A stretch of DNA of 64,000 nt, from the NCBI GenBank assembly GCA_047967505.1, contig CM106538.1; one strand, written 5' to 3'. The notes beneath the pieces were generated by a model. That model was not told the DNA's origin. It saw nothing but the letters and a program-made list of their open reading frames with translations, and searched no databases. Source of the stretch: Dipteris shenzhenensis (Eukaryota). Each line of letters opens with the position of its first letter. Position 1 is the first letter of the stretch. Positions 23,545 through 36,480 of the stretch are shown here, piece by piece. Position numbers and translations under genes: made by a program.

Positions 23545-24400
23545 GCTTGCAATATGCACTTGTATGGCTGAGATTTATAGCCATTTGTAAGAGAGCAGAC
23601 ACTGCCTGAATCATAAAGGCAAGACCCTCTCATGGCTACCTTTAAGATAGAAAAATTGGCTTCCATACTTGGAAAATGTGCTTATGAAGGAGAATTTGTG
23701 GGATTTAGTCAAGCCAGGGAATCATTCATCATAAGAGGGTGAACCCACTACTACCAAAGGTAAGGAGAAGGAGGAGAGAAGGCAAGTGACTCTACTTCAA
23801 CAACACCAAGAGATGCTAAAAGTCTAGAGGAGAAAGCCTATGCGATTAATTCATTAGGTTTGGGAGATGGTTATGTGCATCATATTTCAGATTTGAAATC
23901 TCCTCCTAAGGCTTGGCATAAGTTGGATGTACTATTTGGTGCTAGCTATCATAAATCTAAATTAACTTTGAAGATTAAGTTCTTTGAACTTAAGATGGTG
24001 GGATGGAGACTCTGTTGCAGCTCATGTCAACACTATGAGGAGTCTTATGACACAATTGGCCTCAGTCAACTCTCCAGTCATTGAAGATGATGCACTGGAT
24101 GTACTCTTGAAGTGTATGCCTCAGGAATTTTGCTATGTTGTGACTACTTTGAAGAATGTTCCACAACCAACAATAGAGAGCATCATTAGCGCTCTACAAG
24201 AAGAAGAGAGAGAATAATTCAAGGAAGGTGGAAGATCAAACTCAAGCACTTACAATGAATTTCTCATCAAAGGGCAAGTACAAACAAGCATTGTGGAAAG
24301 ACCAATCATCTTGACAAAGATTGCTATAGGATCAATCCTTGCACTTATTGTGGGCAAAACAATCACTCTGAGAAGTTTTCCAATGAGAAGAAGAAATATA
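23545..24400 (+). pseudogene. Degenerate copia gag of a different family
   Basis: KAYAINSLGLGDGYVHHI..KAWHKLDVLF..FFELKM..DSVAAHVN..LLKCMPQEF, plus a CTYCGQNNH knuckle near 24340. Frameshifted. Confidence 0.75.
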
Positions 24401-25479
24401 TTTGAAGAAATAACTCCATCACTCAATGAAGTAACAAATTTTGTGATGAAGAAACAAAATCTATAGAGGAAGATATAGATTGGACCTTCTAAAGTCCAAC
24501 ATCTTTTTGTCATCACTTGGTCCTGTAGTCAATTTTGAGGTATTACTCCAAAAGGAATGTTATGTGTTAGTCCTTATAGTCTTTGTAAATCACCTCTGGC
24601 CACCATATGATATAGGCCATGTGATATGTGTTTTTCTCTATGGTACCTCTTGCAGATATGAGAAACTAGGTCCACACAAAGGCCTAAGATTAATCCACAT
24701 GCAAAAGTATTGCTTTCCCTTTTCATGTCTGCTTGCAAAAGCTTCTCTTAAAAAAATTGCATTTTTTGTTGAGAGAATGTCCCACTATGAATTCCTTTAG
24801 ATTTATCCAAAAAACACCTCACATGGAACCAAGATTAGTGTGACATTGCTAATCTCCATGCTCCTACATTCATCACGTGCACAAAAAATTTCTTTCCCTT
24901 TTTCATGCCTACTTGTAAGAGTAGTTCTTTAGACATTTGTATTTGTGCAGAGAGAATGTCCCACTATGAATTCCTTCCCATTTAGTGAAGACAAAACGTC
25001 ACATGTAATTAGGAATCAAGAATGGTGTCAAATTGCTACACTTACACAATGGTGAAGCATCAGCCAACCCATCTCCAAATCAAACAATGGATCTAAAGTG
25101 CCTCCTACACAGTCATGGAAGACGTGTCACTAACCTCAATTAAAAGTTTTTTTTCTCCACCTAACCATTGGCCACACTTAAAAAATTTCTTCTTAGCTAC
25201 CAAATTCACTTTGTGCTTCTTGCAGGCTTGAACTAGCTATGTGCTCTCCGTTTGGGATTCATCCAGCTACTCCAACACATCTAGATGATATTCCAAGAAT
25301 CTTATCAAAATGCATCCATAATTGCAATGCAAAAGCTAGGCACCATGTACTTCAATGGGGTAATGACCTCCATAAATGCCAGCTTGAATGGTATCAATCT
25401 GCTAGCCATTTTGAATTATGTGGTGATATGCCCAAAGTGATGCCAACAACTTCTCATTCCAATCCATTTGTTGAACATT

Positions 25480-26530
25480 GACCAACAGCATCATGATCCA
25501 TTTGAATGTTTGTTCATGGACTCCGCTTGTCCATTGACTTGTGGGTAGTATGGAGATTACTTCTTGTGGATCACCATATACGATGATGTCATCCGCTTGA
25601 TTACTTTGTTCATGAAATGTTTGCCCTAGTTCACTAACCAGTCAATTAGACAACCAAATCTATAGAACATATCCTTGTTCAAACACTTGGTTGTTGAATT
25701 TGTAGTGTTGTCCTGTAACACCTAGGCCTCTACCCACTTGGTATAGTAATTTGTTATAGCTAGCACATAGCGATTCTCGGTCTTTACTGTTGCTGGATTG
25801 AATGGCCTCGTAAAGTCCATATTCTATTTCTAAAAGGGCTCTAAAGGCAAGACCAGTGGCATGGGCATCTGATCCTATTCTTACAGTTGTCCCAGTTGTT
25901 GCTAGCAGACATCACATCTTTGCATGAATCTCCCCTCCAAGGGAGCCATTGTAAAAACCTCATATAGCATGTGCGATCAATGGGTATTAAAAAACCCCCT
26001 ACTTATGGATATTTATAATCTGTATACATCCCTTCTGTAAATTTTGATAGGATTAAAGTATCCCTTTGGAATGTCAAAGGAGCATTTCTCAGTCCAAACC
26101 ACATGACAGTATAAACATAGATACTCGATGCTATGATGATGAAGGCCTCTTTGGTTGATCCTTCGGTGTTCGTCCAGGAAAGAGTAGACGTCATGTCACG
26201 TGATCTCATCTAGCATTGAATCCATATAGTGCAATGCAAATAGATTCGAAACATTTGCTGCATTTAGCTTGTGGTATTCCACACAGATCCTCAGCTTTTT
26301 TTTCTTCTTTGGCACAATCAAGATGGGTGAGATCCAATATACATTTTGAAGGGGAGCTATGAATCCCACTCATAGAAGGTGCTCAAGCTCCACCTTCACT
26401 TGCTTTGACACATGCAGATTCATGTGGTACCTCTAGATCTTGGAAGCTATAGCATCTTTCTTTAGGTTTATGTGATGCTGATAAAGTTCTGGATCATGTC
26501 CCTGCATGTCAAAGTAGTCGCATGGGGAGC
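25480..26530 (-). pseudogene. Gypsy RT N-terminus joined by deletion to an integrase core fragment
   Basis: QHHINLKKDA, WISPILIVPKK, LRICVEYHKLN and VMWFGLRNAPLTFQR, followed by integrase-like DFTRPF..TNYYTKWVEA sequence at 25930-25480. Confidence 0.8.
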
Positions 26531-26799
26531 AAACAATATGGCAACAAGGAAGGCTTAAGCAACGTAGACAAGCTGGTAATTGAAGATGAAAATGAGCTAG
26601 AGGAGTGCATGCTCACTTCTAGTTGAGGGAATTTGTATGGACACTAGGACAAGACCCGAGGGATACACACCATTAAATAGTCCATCATCCCACAAACACC
26701 CAAGACCTGTTAATTGAGGCATTGCACAAATTTGGATTAAGGAGATTAACACCTCCTTCGTCTCACTGCTAGAAATGGACACTGAATGCATCCCTCATG

Positions 26800-28050
26800 A
26801 TGGTAATGATGTAGCTAGAATCCATTGATTGGTTTGTGGGCAACACATGTCCCTATACGTCTACAAAATAAAAGGACGTGGAGTGACAATCGTCAAAGGC
26901 CTAGAATGGCCAGACCATCTCATCTTCAGTTTGCCTGGCATCCTTTCCATCCAATTGTTGAGTGATTAATACTAGCTAACCATGCTTGAAAATTTTCTTC
27001 TTAGGTGCCAAATCCACCCTGTAGCTCTAGCATTTGTGAACCACCTACATTAGATAATAGCTCTCCAATCATGCTTCATCCACCGGTTCCAACACCTCCA
27101 GATGATATGCCATGGAATCCTCTAAAATAAGCCAATCCGCAACCACAATCCCAAAGCTAGGTACTACATATTCTAGTGGGGTGATGGCCTCCATGTCGAA
27201 TGCCAGCTTAAATAGTGTCAATCTGGTAGGCATCTTGAACGACATGTGGTATGCCCAAAAATGCCACCAAAAACTTCTTGTCCCCATTTGTCCAATGAAC
27301 AGTAGTGTCATGATCCTCTTGAATGTTTTGTTCGTTGACTTAGCTTGTCGATTGGCTTGTACATAGGAGGGAGATGAATTCTTATGGATCACCATGTAGA
27401 ACTATGTCATCCTCCTAATTACCTTATTCACAAAGTGTTTACCACAATCATTAAACATCTCAATTGGATATATCCAAACCAGCAAAACACATCCTCATAT
27501 AAGCACTTGGTGGTCGAATTTGCAGTATTGTCTCAAAATGCTCAGGCCTCAACCCATTTAGTACAGTAGTTGGTTGTGGCTAGCACATCGCAATTCCTAG
27601 TCTTGCCTATGCTTGAATAGCCGCATAAAATCCAGAAACCATTTGGTACAATAGTTGATTACAAGTAGCACATAGCAATTCCTGGTCTTGGTTATGGTTG
27701 GCTTGAATGGCCCCATAAAATCTAGACCCCATAAATTCTTGGCCTTGGTTGCATGTGGGTGTTGTCCCACAACACCTAGGCCTCATCCCATTTGGTACAA
27801 TAGTCGGTTGAGGCTAGCACATAGCAATTCTTGGTCTTGGCTACAAGATTGGCTTTGGCCCCATAAAATCCAGACCCCATTTGGGAATGTATCCAAAGGC
27901 AAGACTAATTGCATGGGCACCTGATATCACTCTAAGGGTTGACCCAATCTTTTGCACACATCACATCTTTGTGTGGATCTCCTGGCATCTTGCTATAGCA
28001 TCGACTATCATAATCCTACTTGTAGCATTTTCTTTGGGACCGATCTCTCG
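26800..28050 (-). pseudogene. Gypsy integrase relic with internal tandem duplications
   Basis: QANRQAKSTNKT, WAYHMSFK..TLFKLAFDMEAITPLEY. The WGLDFMGP-coding segment occurs three times at ~27560-27890. Confidence 0.8.
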
Positions 28051-28059
28051 CCGATCCAT

Positions 28060-28980
28060 TATGCAAGCCAAACTTTACACTAATAGAAAGGAATTACATA
28101 GTTACAAAAGAGAAGGATTGGAAATGGTTAATGCATTGCAAAAATTTCAGCACTACTTTTTGGGTAAGCAGTTTGTAGTCCATGTGGATCATCAAGCCTA
28201 ACTATACCTAATGAAACATCCCTATCCATGAAGAAGATTGGCCTATTGGATATTATTACTACAACAATTTCAATATAGAGTCATGCACACTTCAAAAAGG
28301 TAGCATCCTGTGATAGATTACTTGAGTAGATTACTTGAGTAGACTGGAGTTAAGAGAAAGTCTAATAGGAGGAGCTTTGGATGATTTGCCAGATGCTTCA
28401 CTATTTTTTGTATAGGCTATGTGCACGATAGGATATTCCCTTGAATGTGTTGGCTCATGTGGAACCAAAGGCTTTTGTATGAGAAGTCTGACCAAATGTA
28501 TTGCCAACTCAAGATTTTGTTGTCAAGGGCACCAGTGTTACTCCCTCCAAATTGGGAAATGGCCTTTCATGTGCTTGTGGATGCCTTTCATTGGGTGATT
28601 GGAAATGTCGTAATGCAGGAGGGTATAGCCAAATGGAATTAACCAATGTACTATGCATATGCAAACTATCCACCACAGCCAAAAAGGACTACTTAGTCAT
28701 GGGAACAAGAGTGTCAGAGAATGATTTACTTGGTGAAGAAATTCTGCAACTACTGGATCGCCCATTAGTATTTCATGTGGATGATTCTGTATTATTGTAT
28801 TTGGTGTGGCAACAGTAAATGCTAGCATGTTGGATGCTGTTACTCTAGGAGTTTGACTTTGAGATAGTGCATCAGCCAGGTTTGTAACATGCAGCCAAAA
28901 ACTACTTGTCCATCTAGAGTGTGGAGAACCATCCATGGGGGTGTCAAAGATCAATTTGCAGATGCAGACCTATGTGTAGT
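28060..28980 (+). pseudogene. Gypsy RNase H / RT-RH linker fragments (two partial copies)
   Basis: YKREGLEMVNALQKFQHYFLGKQFVVHVDHQA; APVLLPPNWEMAFHVLVDA; LVFHVDDSVLLYLV. Confidence 0.75.
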
Positions 28981-29479
28981 ACTTTTGGCTAATCGGGCTA
29001 TGCACTGCTTGATGGAGATACTCCCAAGTCTCTTCTCATCCCAGTAAGATGAAATGTTTGACCTTTTTCCTATAAGTACCATGCTAAAGAACCTATTCAA
29101 AGATCAATGCAAGCGATTGGCATTGTGGAGTTAGGGATTCGAAGTGGTCATGGGCTAGCTATATTACCACAATCTCTTAAAAGTATTGACTTCTCCTTCA
29201 CTCGACCATTGGACCTGGTCACACAGCTAGAACATCAACTTTTTCCAAACACTATAGGATGTCCTCAATGAGCATGCATCCAGAACAACCACACAATTCA
29301 TGCAGGTGATGATGCTAATTTCTCTGGGTATGAATGGTTTCATTCCATGGGACTTGCCAATTCTTGTATGATCACCACATGAGCTTGTGTGGTGGCGGTT
29401 GTGACTATTGTGGATTTTTACTGATAATTTTGATGTGGATATAGTGTGATTTTCAAACCCCTCCAATCAGTGCTTCACC

Positions 29480-32400
29480 CATAGTGGGATATTCTATTCG
29501 GGTCGATGTTCGTATGTCCCCATGCAGTGGCCATAGTCTTTCACATCCGAACCCCATCCACTTCTATTTTTGTTCCAGTTTCTTTGTTGGTTCCGATTTC
29601 TCTATTCATTCCAATTTATTTTTTGCCCCCATTTCCTTGCTACTATTTTTGTTACTATGATTGAGTAGCCTTTAGTACATTGGTGCCAATGGTGACCCAA
29701 TTTGCTCAAGTTGCCAGAGTTTGTGGTAGTGCTTGACCTTGATTTGCATGTGCATTTGGGTTATACTAGCACACCTCAGTTGGGGGGTTCTTCTTCCAAA
29801 TGCTAAACTGAAACCATGGGCAATTTTTCATCATTCCTAAGCTTTGAAGTTTTTCCTTGACCAAATTTTTGACTTCATATGATGTTGAGGCCTTCTTTGA
29901 CTTTCATTTTTCTTTCTTTGTCTGATCCTTCTTTTCTTTCTTTGTAGCCTTCTTTTTTTCTTTCATTTTTTTTCTTGTTATCATCATCCAAATCAGTATT
30001 AAACTCTCCACTAGAATTAGAATCTATATAAGACCCACTTTTTGTGTCATCTAGACTAGTGTCACTTGAAGGACAAATTGATGTAATGGAATCTAGAGTC
30101 CTAAGGCTAAGGTTGTGAGTGTGTGAACACATGGTGTGCCTGGATAGGTGTCAGTAGGTGTGATTGAGTGAATCTAGGTGTGTGGTGTGTGATTGAGAGA
30201 ATCATCAAACTAATCGAGAGATTTGTGGATCTAGATGCTCTACTGAGCTCACAAGTGATGTCACTACTAGATGTAACTGGAGCCTATATATTGGGCCTGT
30301 CTCTCTTGAATAAACTCTCTCTTGCTTCACTTGCTCAATCCTTCTTGCAACTCCAACATGTGGTATCAGAGCCTTGGTTCACTCTCCTTGAGTGCCACAT
30401 GTGTCATCATCTTCTTCCTCACACTCTCTTCTCCATTTTCTCCTCTTTTGAGCAGAATTTCCAAGCACTTGTCCTCCCAATGTAGGCAACCATTGTCCAA
30501 ACCCTTTCAGCCATATATTCCCCTCATATAGGCACACTTCCACTTTATAGGGTTTCTGGAAATTGTCTTTCTACAACCCGTGCTTACACTCGCCCTATCT
30601 TGCACCATTTTTTATGATATAACTTGCTAGAGCCACCATTTCAAAAATGGTCTGAGATGAACTTACCGACCCTATGGGCTATGTGTTGGTGAATTTTGAG
30701 AGCAAATGGTCAAGGGAATGAGGAGAAACTAAGGAAAAACCAGTCGGGTTTTGAAGAAGACATGTTTTTGGAGGTGGAGAAGATGCTACTACCCCTGGAG
30801 GTGTGAAGCTTCATTTGGTTTGAGACTTGCACTGAGTCTTCTACTTCTAAGTGCCTTTGATTGCACAGCCAATTCCCTCTAATTTATGCTTTGTGGAGTG
30901 AGGTAGCAACCCTCCAAGGTTCCTCTATTTTCTGCAAGCATTTCTAGACTATTTTTGAAGGTTGATGCTATACTTAATGCTAAGGTGATGCTTGAGGAGT
31001 TAAAGTACACATCAGAGATTCAGAGATAGCTTTTTCAGTTGTGAGAATACTATTTGAAGTTCATTTGAATGCATTTTTCATCTTTTATATTGAGGTTATG
31101 ATACTTTGAAGTGGATTTCAAGTCATACTATCTTGTTGACTAGTTGACTAGTTGACTAGTGGGGGTTGATTATGACAAGAGCTTTCATGAAGGAAGAATA
31201 TATCATGACTTGCATGATGATTTCCAATGGATATGATTGGAACAAAGGTTTCAACTACAACCATTATGATTCTTATTTTAAAGATGCCTTAGTTATGGTT
31301 TCAGTATCTTTCATGATGTATGAAATGTACTTGCATTTGACTGACTATACCTTGCCATACAATCATGACCACCTCTTGTACAAAAGTAGACACTGCCCTT
31401 GCATGACAATCGCTAAGACCCTCTTCAGTCCATATGACTCACAAAATGTTTTTAAGTCTTGGACACTCAAAGAAGTTGAAGGACTACAAGGATCTTGTAT
31501 TGCAGAATATTGGCAAGATACATTAAAGAGTGTAGAGAAGGACAAAGAGCAAAGGAGTTACAAGATTGACTACACCAAGAACCTCTCCAATGACAATGAA
31601 CCTCACACTCTGATAGCTTGGAAGAGAAGAAGGAAAAGGACAAGATATGCCATCAAAGGGGGGTCTTTCCCCACATCTTCCACTTAGAATGTTTTTGTGT
31701 GTGTGGTCAATAGGGGTTCTCTGACTTGGGATGTCCCCCTCAAATGATTGTTAGTCTTATGTGTTACCTTGTTGGATCTAAGGGTATTCCCATGCATAGT
31801 CATTGTCTATCTCCCAATTGTAAACCAACAAACCAAAGTCAGAGTGAGATCATGTTGGGATGAGGATGCCCAAATGAGTCTACTACTGATGCAACTAGAG
31901 TGAGTACCAGGTTGTGGATCATGTGTGTTGCCACTAGAGGTGGGCAAGCCATGAAGTTTCCCATGGACTACTTCCAAGGTTGAGGTCATCAATTTGTGGG
32001 GGGGAATGAAGGACCAATTGATGTAATGGGATCTAGAGTCCTAAGGTCTAAGGTTCTGAGTGTGTGAACACATGGTGTGCTTGGATTGAGTGAATCTAGA
32101 TGTGTGGTGTGTGATTGAGAGAATCATGGAACTGATTGAGAGATTTGTGGATCTAGATGCTAGACTACTGAGCTCACATGTGATGTCACTACTGGATGTA
32201 GCTGGAGCCTATATATTGGGCCTATCTCTCTTGAATAAAATCTCTCTCTTTTGCTTCACTTTCTTAATCCTTCTTGCAATTCCAACATCACTATCATCTT
32301 TGGAGTCCATATCCACCTTCTTCTTCTTTTTCTTTGTTGTTCCAGTGTGCCTTTATACCTGCTTGGCTAATTCTATTAAGGAATTGAATCCATTTCCCCC

Positions 32401-32870
32401 TTTGAAAGGGCTATTCCTCCCATGACATTATGAATTTCTAGCTGCACTCCTTTGCAAAAGTACTCTGCCATTGCCTTCAGTGTGAGTCTTTCTGCTTGAG
32501 CCAACCTCGGTTTTAAATTCAAAAATTGTTGAGCATAATCTTCAAGAGACAATTTCTTTTGCTTCAACCCTCTTACCTTTTTCTAGATGTCGCTGTGGGC
32601 TTTCTCCTTTTGGAATCTTTCTGAAAAGGTTGTCTTTAGCTCATCGTATATGCAAAAATGTCCCACTCCATATGGAGTGAACCATCGCACTACCTTTCCC
32701 ACAAGCATCCTTGTAAACTACTATAGATTATCTACATCTCCAAATATGGTATCAAAGCTATTAGCTTGCTATCATGTTTCAAAGCGAGCGATTCTCCTAT
32801 TATCTCACCATCACAACTGCTCATGGTTCACCCAAATGTCTAAAATCCCCAAAATTGATTGAACCGACAG
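29480..32870 (-). pseudogene. Gypsy-type gag relic interrupted by the 30067-32287 LTR element
   Basis: LKQKKLSLEDYAQQF..AEYFCKGV upstream of the insertion. The acidic/lysine-rich frame resumes across the TCACT TSD. Confidence 0.6.
30067..32287 (+). mobile_element. Structurally complete 2.2-kb non-autonomous LTR retrotransposon (TRIM/LARD-like)
   Basis: 5' LTR 30067-30358 and 3' LTR 32007-32287 (both TGAAGG...CCAACA), PBS TGGTATCAGAGCC 30361-30373, PPT GGGGGGGAA 31998-32006, TSD TCACT at 30062-30066 and 32288-32292. No recognisable intact gag/pol. Confidence 0.95.
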
Positions 32871-33449
32871 GATTGCCAGTGTTAACGGGCTTCAAGACCT
32901 CACAATGAAACTGGAGTTTGGGCATGTAACTGATCGAGAGTGAGAGCTTGCAATCGGATGTATGCCATATGTAAGGTTTTGACCTTTCTGCTTAATTTGG
33001 GTATTTATGATCACACTTGCTACAAAATGCATCCTCATTGTTTTAATCATGTTCTTTTGTAGTACAAAAAGTATAGTGCATTGTGGTCACATGGATGGCA
33101 TTTTCATGTGGAACGCATCGATTCAAGGAGAGTTACATATGATTGTGGAGTCATGCCTAACTTTGTACAATATAGCCGAGCAAGTGCTTCTGATACCAAT
33201 CTTCTCTCCTTGTAGTTAGATTATTGTGGGACCATACGTGACATCTATGAAGTTGATTTTAAACAATTTAGTAATTTTATTCTTGATATCAAATGGTTTA
33301 GAGCTATCTACAATGGTCCCAATGCTATATTCAGGAGAGACAGATGTGGTTTCTTTGCCATTGACCGATGAAAGTGATACCTTTGTTCTTCCAGGTAGGT
33401 ACACAATAATCTTAGGTAGGGGGACTGGTATTTTCAGTCTTCTCAAGGG

Positions 33450-34800
33450 ACATCAATCTTTGAGCAAATGCTTGATTCCACACCCCACACACAAGGGTGT
33501 AGGGCTATTCATGGGAGGCACAGCTAGGGTAAGATCCCTATAGGGGCAGTCCTTTAAGGAATGTAGCCCTTGACACTTGAAGCATGACACCAGAGGGTTC
33601 AAAGTACCTTTGTAGGGGCACTTGCTTACCCTATGTAGGCCCTGGTAGGTAAGTGGCCTGGAACATGGGGACTTGCTAATCCTCTTGCAAGAGGTAGTCA
33701 CTTATGGTGCCACTTCCATCCTCATAGGGGCAGTAGTCAAGGGGTCTGTGATCTAGATCCATCTCCTCCCAATCATTGGGCACTTCCTCTACCAAGACTT
33801 GATTGACAGGAGCTATATGGGGTAGGGAGGTTGAGAACCTAGTATGGGCGGAGATGACGGAGCCTGTTGTGCTCTATACTAGCTTGGACTAGCCAGAGGG
33901 GCACCTTGTGTGTTTATAGGATTAGGCGGAGCCGTCAGGGACCTTGTTTGATACATAGGTTGGGGCAAGGACCTCAAAAATCAGCATTGGGAGGTATTGT
34001 TGTTCCCCCATCTATGATAGTGTGCACAGAAGAGGGATGGCCTTGCCCTAAGGTGCAGACACTCATTGGAGGGATGGTTGCCATTACATATCCCGCACCA
34101 GATGTTGTCTCTCTGTGGAAACAAGTGGGGGTTGCTTGGTGCCTCCTTGGAGGTCCCTGATCTCCACTGCTGGCCCAACTAATTTAGCAAATTTGAGGCT
34201 AGCTCACTCATATCTAAGCCCTTGGGCTCGTTGATCTCCTTCTTGGTCGTCTCCACACTAGAAGATTGATCAATAGTGATACTTCTGACAGGGTCGGCAT
34301 CCGAGTTAGCCTTGTCCATCATATTATCACTTATATGGATAGCCACCTTGCTGCATAGTTTGAAGGAGGTATGATTCATAACCATCAGGTGGTCATGCAG
34401 CTTTGGGTATGCCAATCCGATGAGGAAGCAGGGCAGCAATCGTTCGTCGCTCATTCACCCATATGGTTCACAATAGGAATTGAGGTGCTTGATTCTGGCT
34501 ATGTAATCTCAAAGGGATTCCTTGTCATTCTGCTTCACCTCATATAATTGATTAATCGGGCTCCATTTATGTCCACTGGAAGCAAAACCTACAATGAAGG
34601 CTTTTTTCAATGTCTCCTAGTTGACTTTTTCTTTCGGGGTGAGAGCCTAATACCATTAGCTTGCTTTGCCATCCAAAAATGCATTGGCCATTTCTAGATC
34701 TCTGAGAGCTCCAAGGCTTCACATATCTATTCAAATTGCTCCACGTGGGAGATCGGGTCTCCTTCCCCAAGGAATTTGGTCATTAACTTGGAGATGGCTA
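33450..34800 (-). pseudogene. Gypsy gag relic with multiple zinc knuckles
   Basis: Retrotrans_gag-like LDGKAS.WY..KKAFI..VKQNDKESL*DYIARI, plus knuckles CGICNGNHPSNEC, CFKCQGLHSLKDC and CVGCGIKHLLKDC. Confidence 0.7.
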
Positions 34801-35879
34801 TGGGTGCCGCAGCTCCTTGAGGGATTCATGATCCCTGCAGGAAACACTAGGGCAGGCGAAGGTGGTGTGGCCCCCCTTCCTAAGGCATTCACTAGGATGT
34901 GCATCACCTCATATGATAGCATTGTTTGGGTAGTTGGTGGAGGTGGCACCATTGTGGGCCTAACGGGACGTAGGGGTGGCCTTAAGCCTGGAATAGTGGT
35001 GGAATCCATTGAGTTGCTGGTACTGGCATTGGATTGGATGCGCCAAGGCCTATATTCATTGGAGCAATAGATGCAGGTGGAAATGGTCATACTCTAGGTG
35101 GGAATGAGTCATGGGGCATTGACCCAGAGGTTCCATGCATTGGGCGATAGGGTGGAACTTGGGAGGCCACATATTTGGCGAAGGTCAGTGGCACTGGGAA
35201 GGTTGGGGGTTCATAAAATGCCCCTGCTTGGGAGCCTCTCACATCTCCTCAACTAGGGCCTAGTCCCCAGAAGTCCCTCATCCATGGATCTTCATCCTCC
35301 ATGAGATCCCACTGAGGGTGCCTTGTGAAGGAGGTGGCACCTGGGTCCACAAAGGTAGTTTTAGTCCCTGTCTACGTTTCATGAGCTGGTTGTTGCTGAC
35401 CTTCCCTTCCCACTAACATGCTAGTGAAGGGATTCTCCATGTCCGTCAAATCTATTCGGCCTAAACATCCAAACATGTTGGAGAATGTACCTCTTAATCT
35501 GGACACTACAGAAGGAGCATGAGAGTTGGGAGAGACCACACTACTGAACGGGGCTTTGAAAGCCCTTAGACCCGTGGGGTCTTACATCTCCTTGACTAAG
35601 CTCTCCATCTCGTCGGAGCTAGATGGATCCTCCTGCTAGGGTCCTATTATGGAGTGGGAGCTAGGAATAGAGCTTCCAATTTGGACCCCGATCCCCAGCT
35701 AGGGTGAAAGGTGGGTTGAGCATAGCTTGAAGCACTATCTTCAGGCGTAGGCTCCTTGGACAAAATTCTTCCAAATCGCAAGTGCATGTATAAGACCTCT
35801 AATAAGGCACACTTAGGCTAAAACTTTAATTTTGTATTTCTTTCTAGACTACCCCAGAGGTATCTAGACGGGTGTAGGG

Positions 35880-36480
35880 ATAGTGCTATGGCAACAGGCA
35901 GCGAGATAGCTTAATGCATTGGTCGTACGATACCAATATGGCAACGGACGGCAGGATAGTTCTTAAGGCACCGGTCAATGGGATAGTGCTTAACGTGCTA
36001 GTCAGTGGGATGGGTAGTGCCAGGTGTCGGTGGGATGGGACGCAGGTGGTATCCTCACAATCGTAGGGATGAGCTAAGACTACAAGAAAAGGGGTAACGA
36101 GGTCAGCAGGATAATGGTATGGCCACGGGCATGGGGCTAGCAAGATGGCAACAATCGCAGGGATGAGCTTAATGTGCCAGTCGGTGGAATATCTCGATCG
36201 AAAGGATATGAATATGGTGATGGGCATGGGGATAATTAAAGGCACCGATCGGTGGGATACCGGTATAGCGATGGTCGTGGGGGTAGCACTAAGGCCATGG
36301 GTCAACAGAGTTAATTAATTAGGGCAGTATGTTAGACCGTGGTCACAAGTTAGGTCGTTGCGATAGGCGCTATGGCCACAGGTCAACAGAGTTTGATTGG
36401 CGAGATAGGGCTATGGCGACGATCGGGTGGGATAGCGCTAAGCCACCGACCCATGGGGATAGGAATCTGCTATGTCACCG
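35880..36480. repeat. Degenerate short-period repeat array (GGGAT..GCTAAGGCACCGGTCGGT-like), probably the leader of the adjacent gypsy relic
   Basis: Recurrent GGTCGGTGGGAT / GGATAG(T/C)GCT(T)AAG motifs. The Pro/Thr-rich ORF over it appears to be a by-product. Confidence 0.55.

Noticed and set aside
31166-31687. 173-aa ORF inside the non-autonomous LTR element
   Set aside because: No motif recognised and the start codon is non-ATG. Probably decayed or chance.
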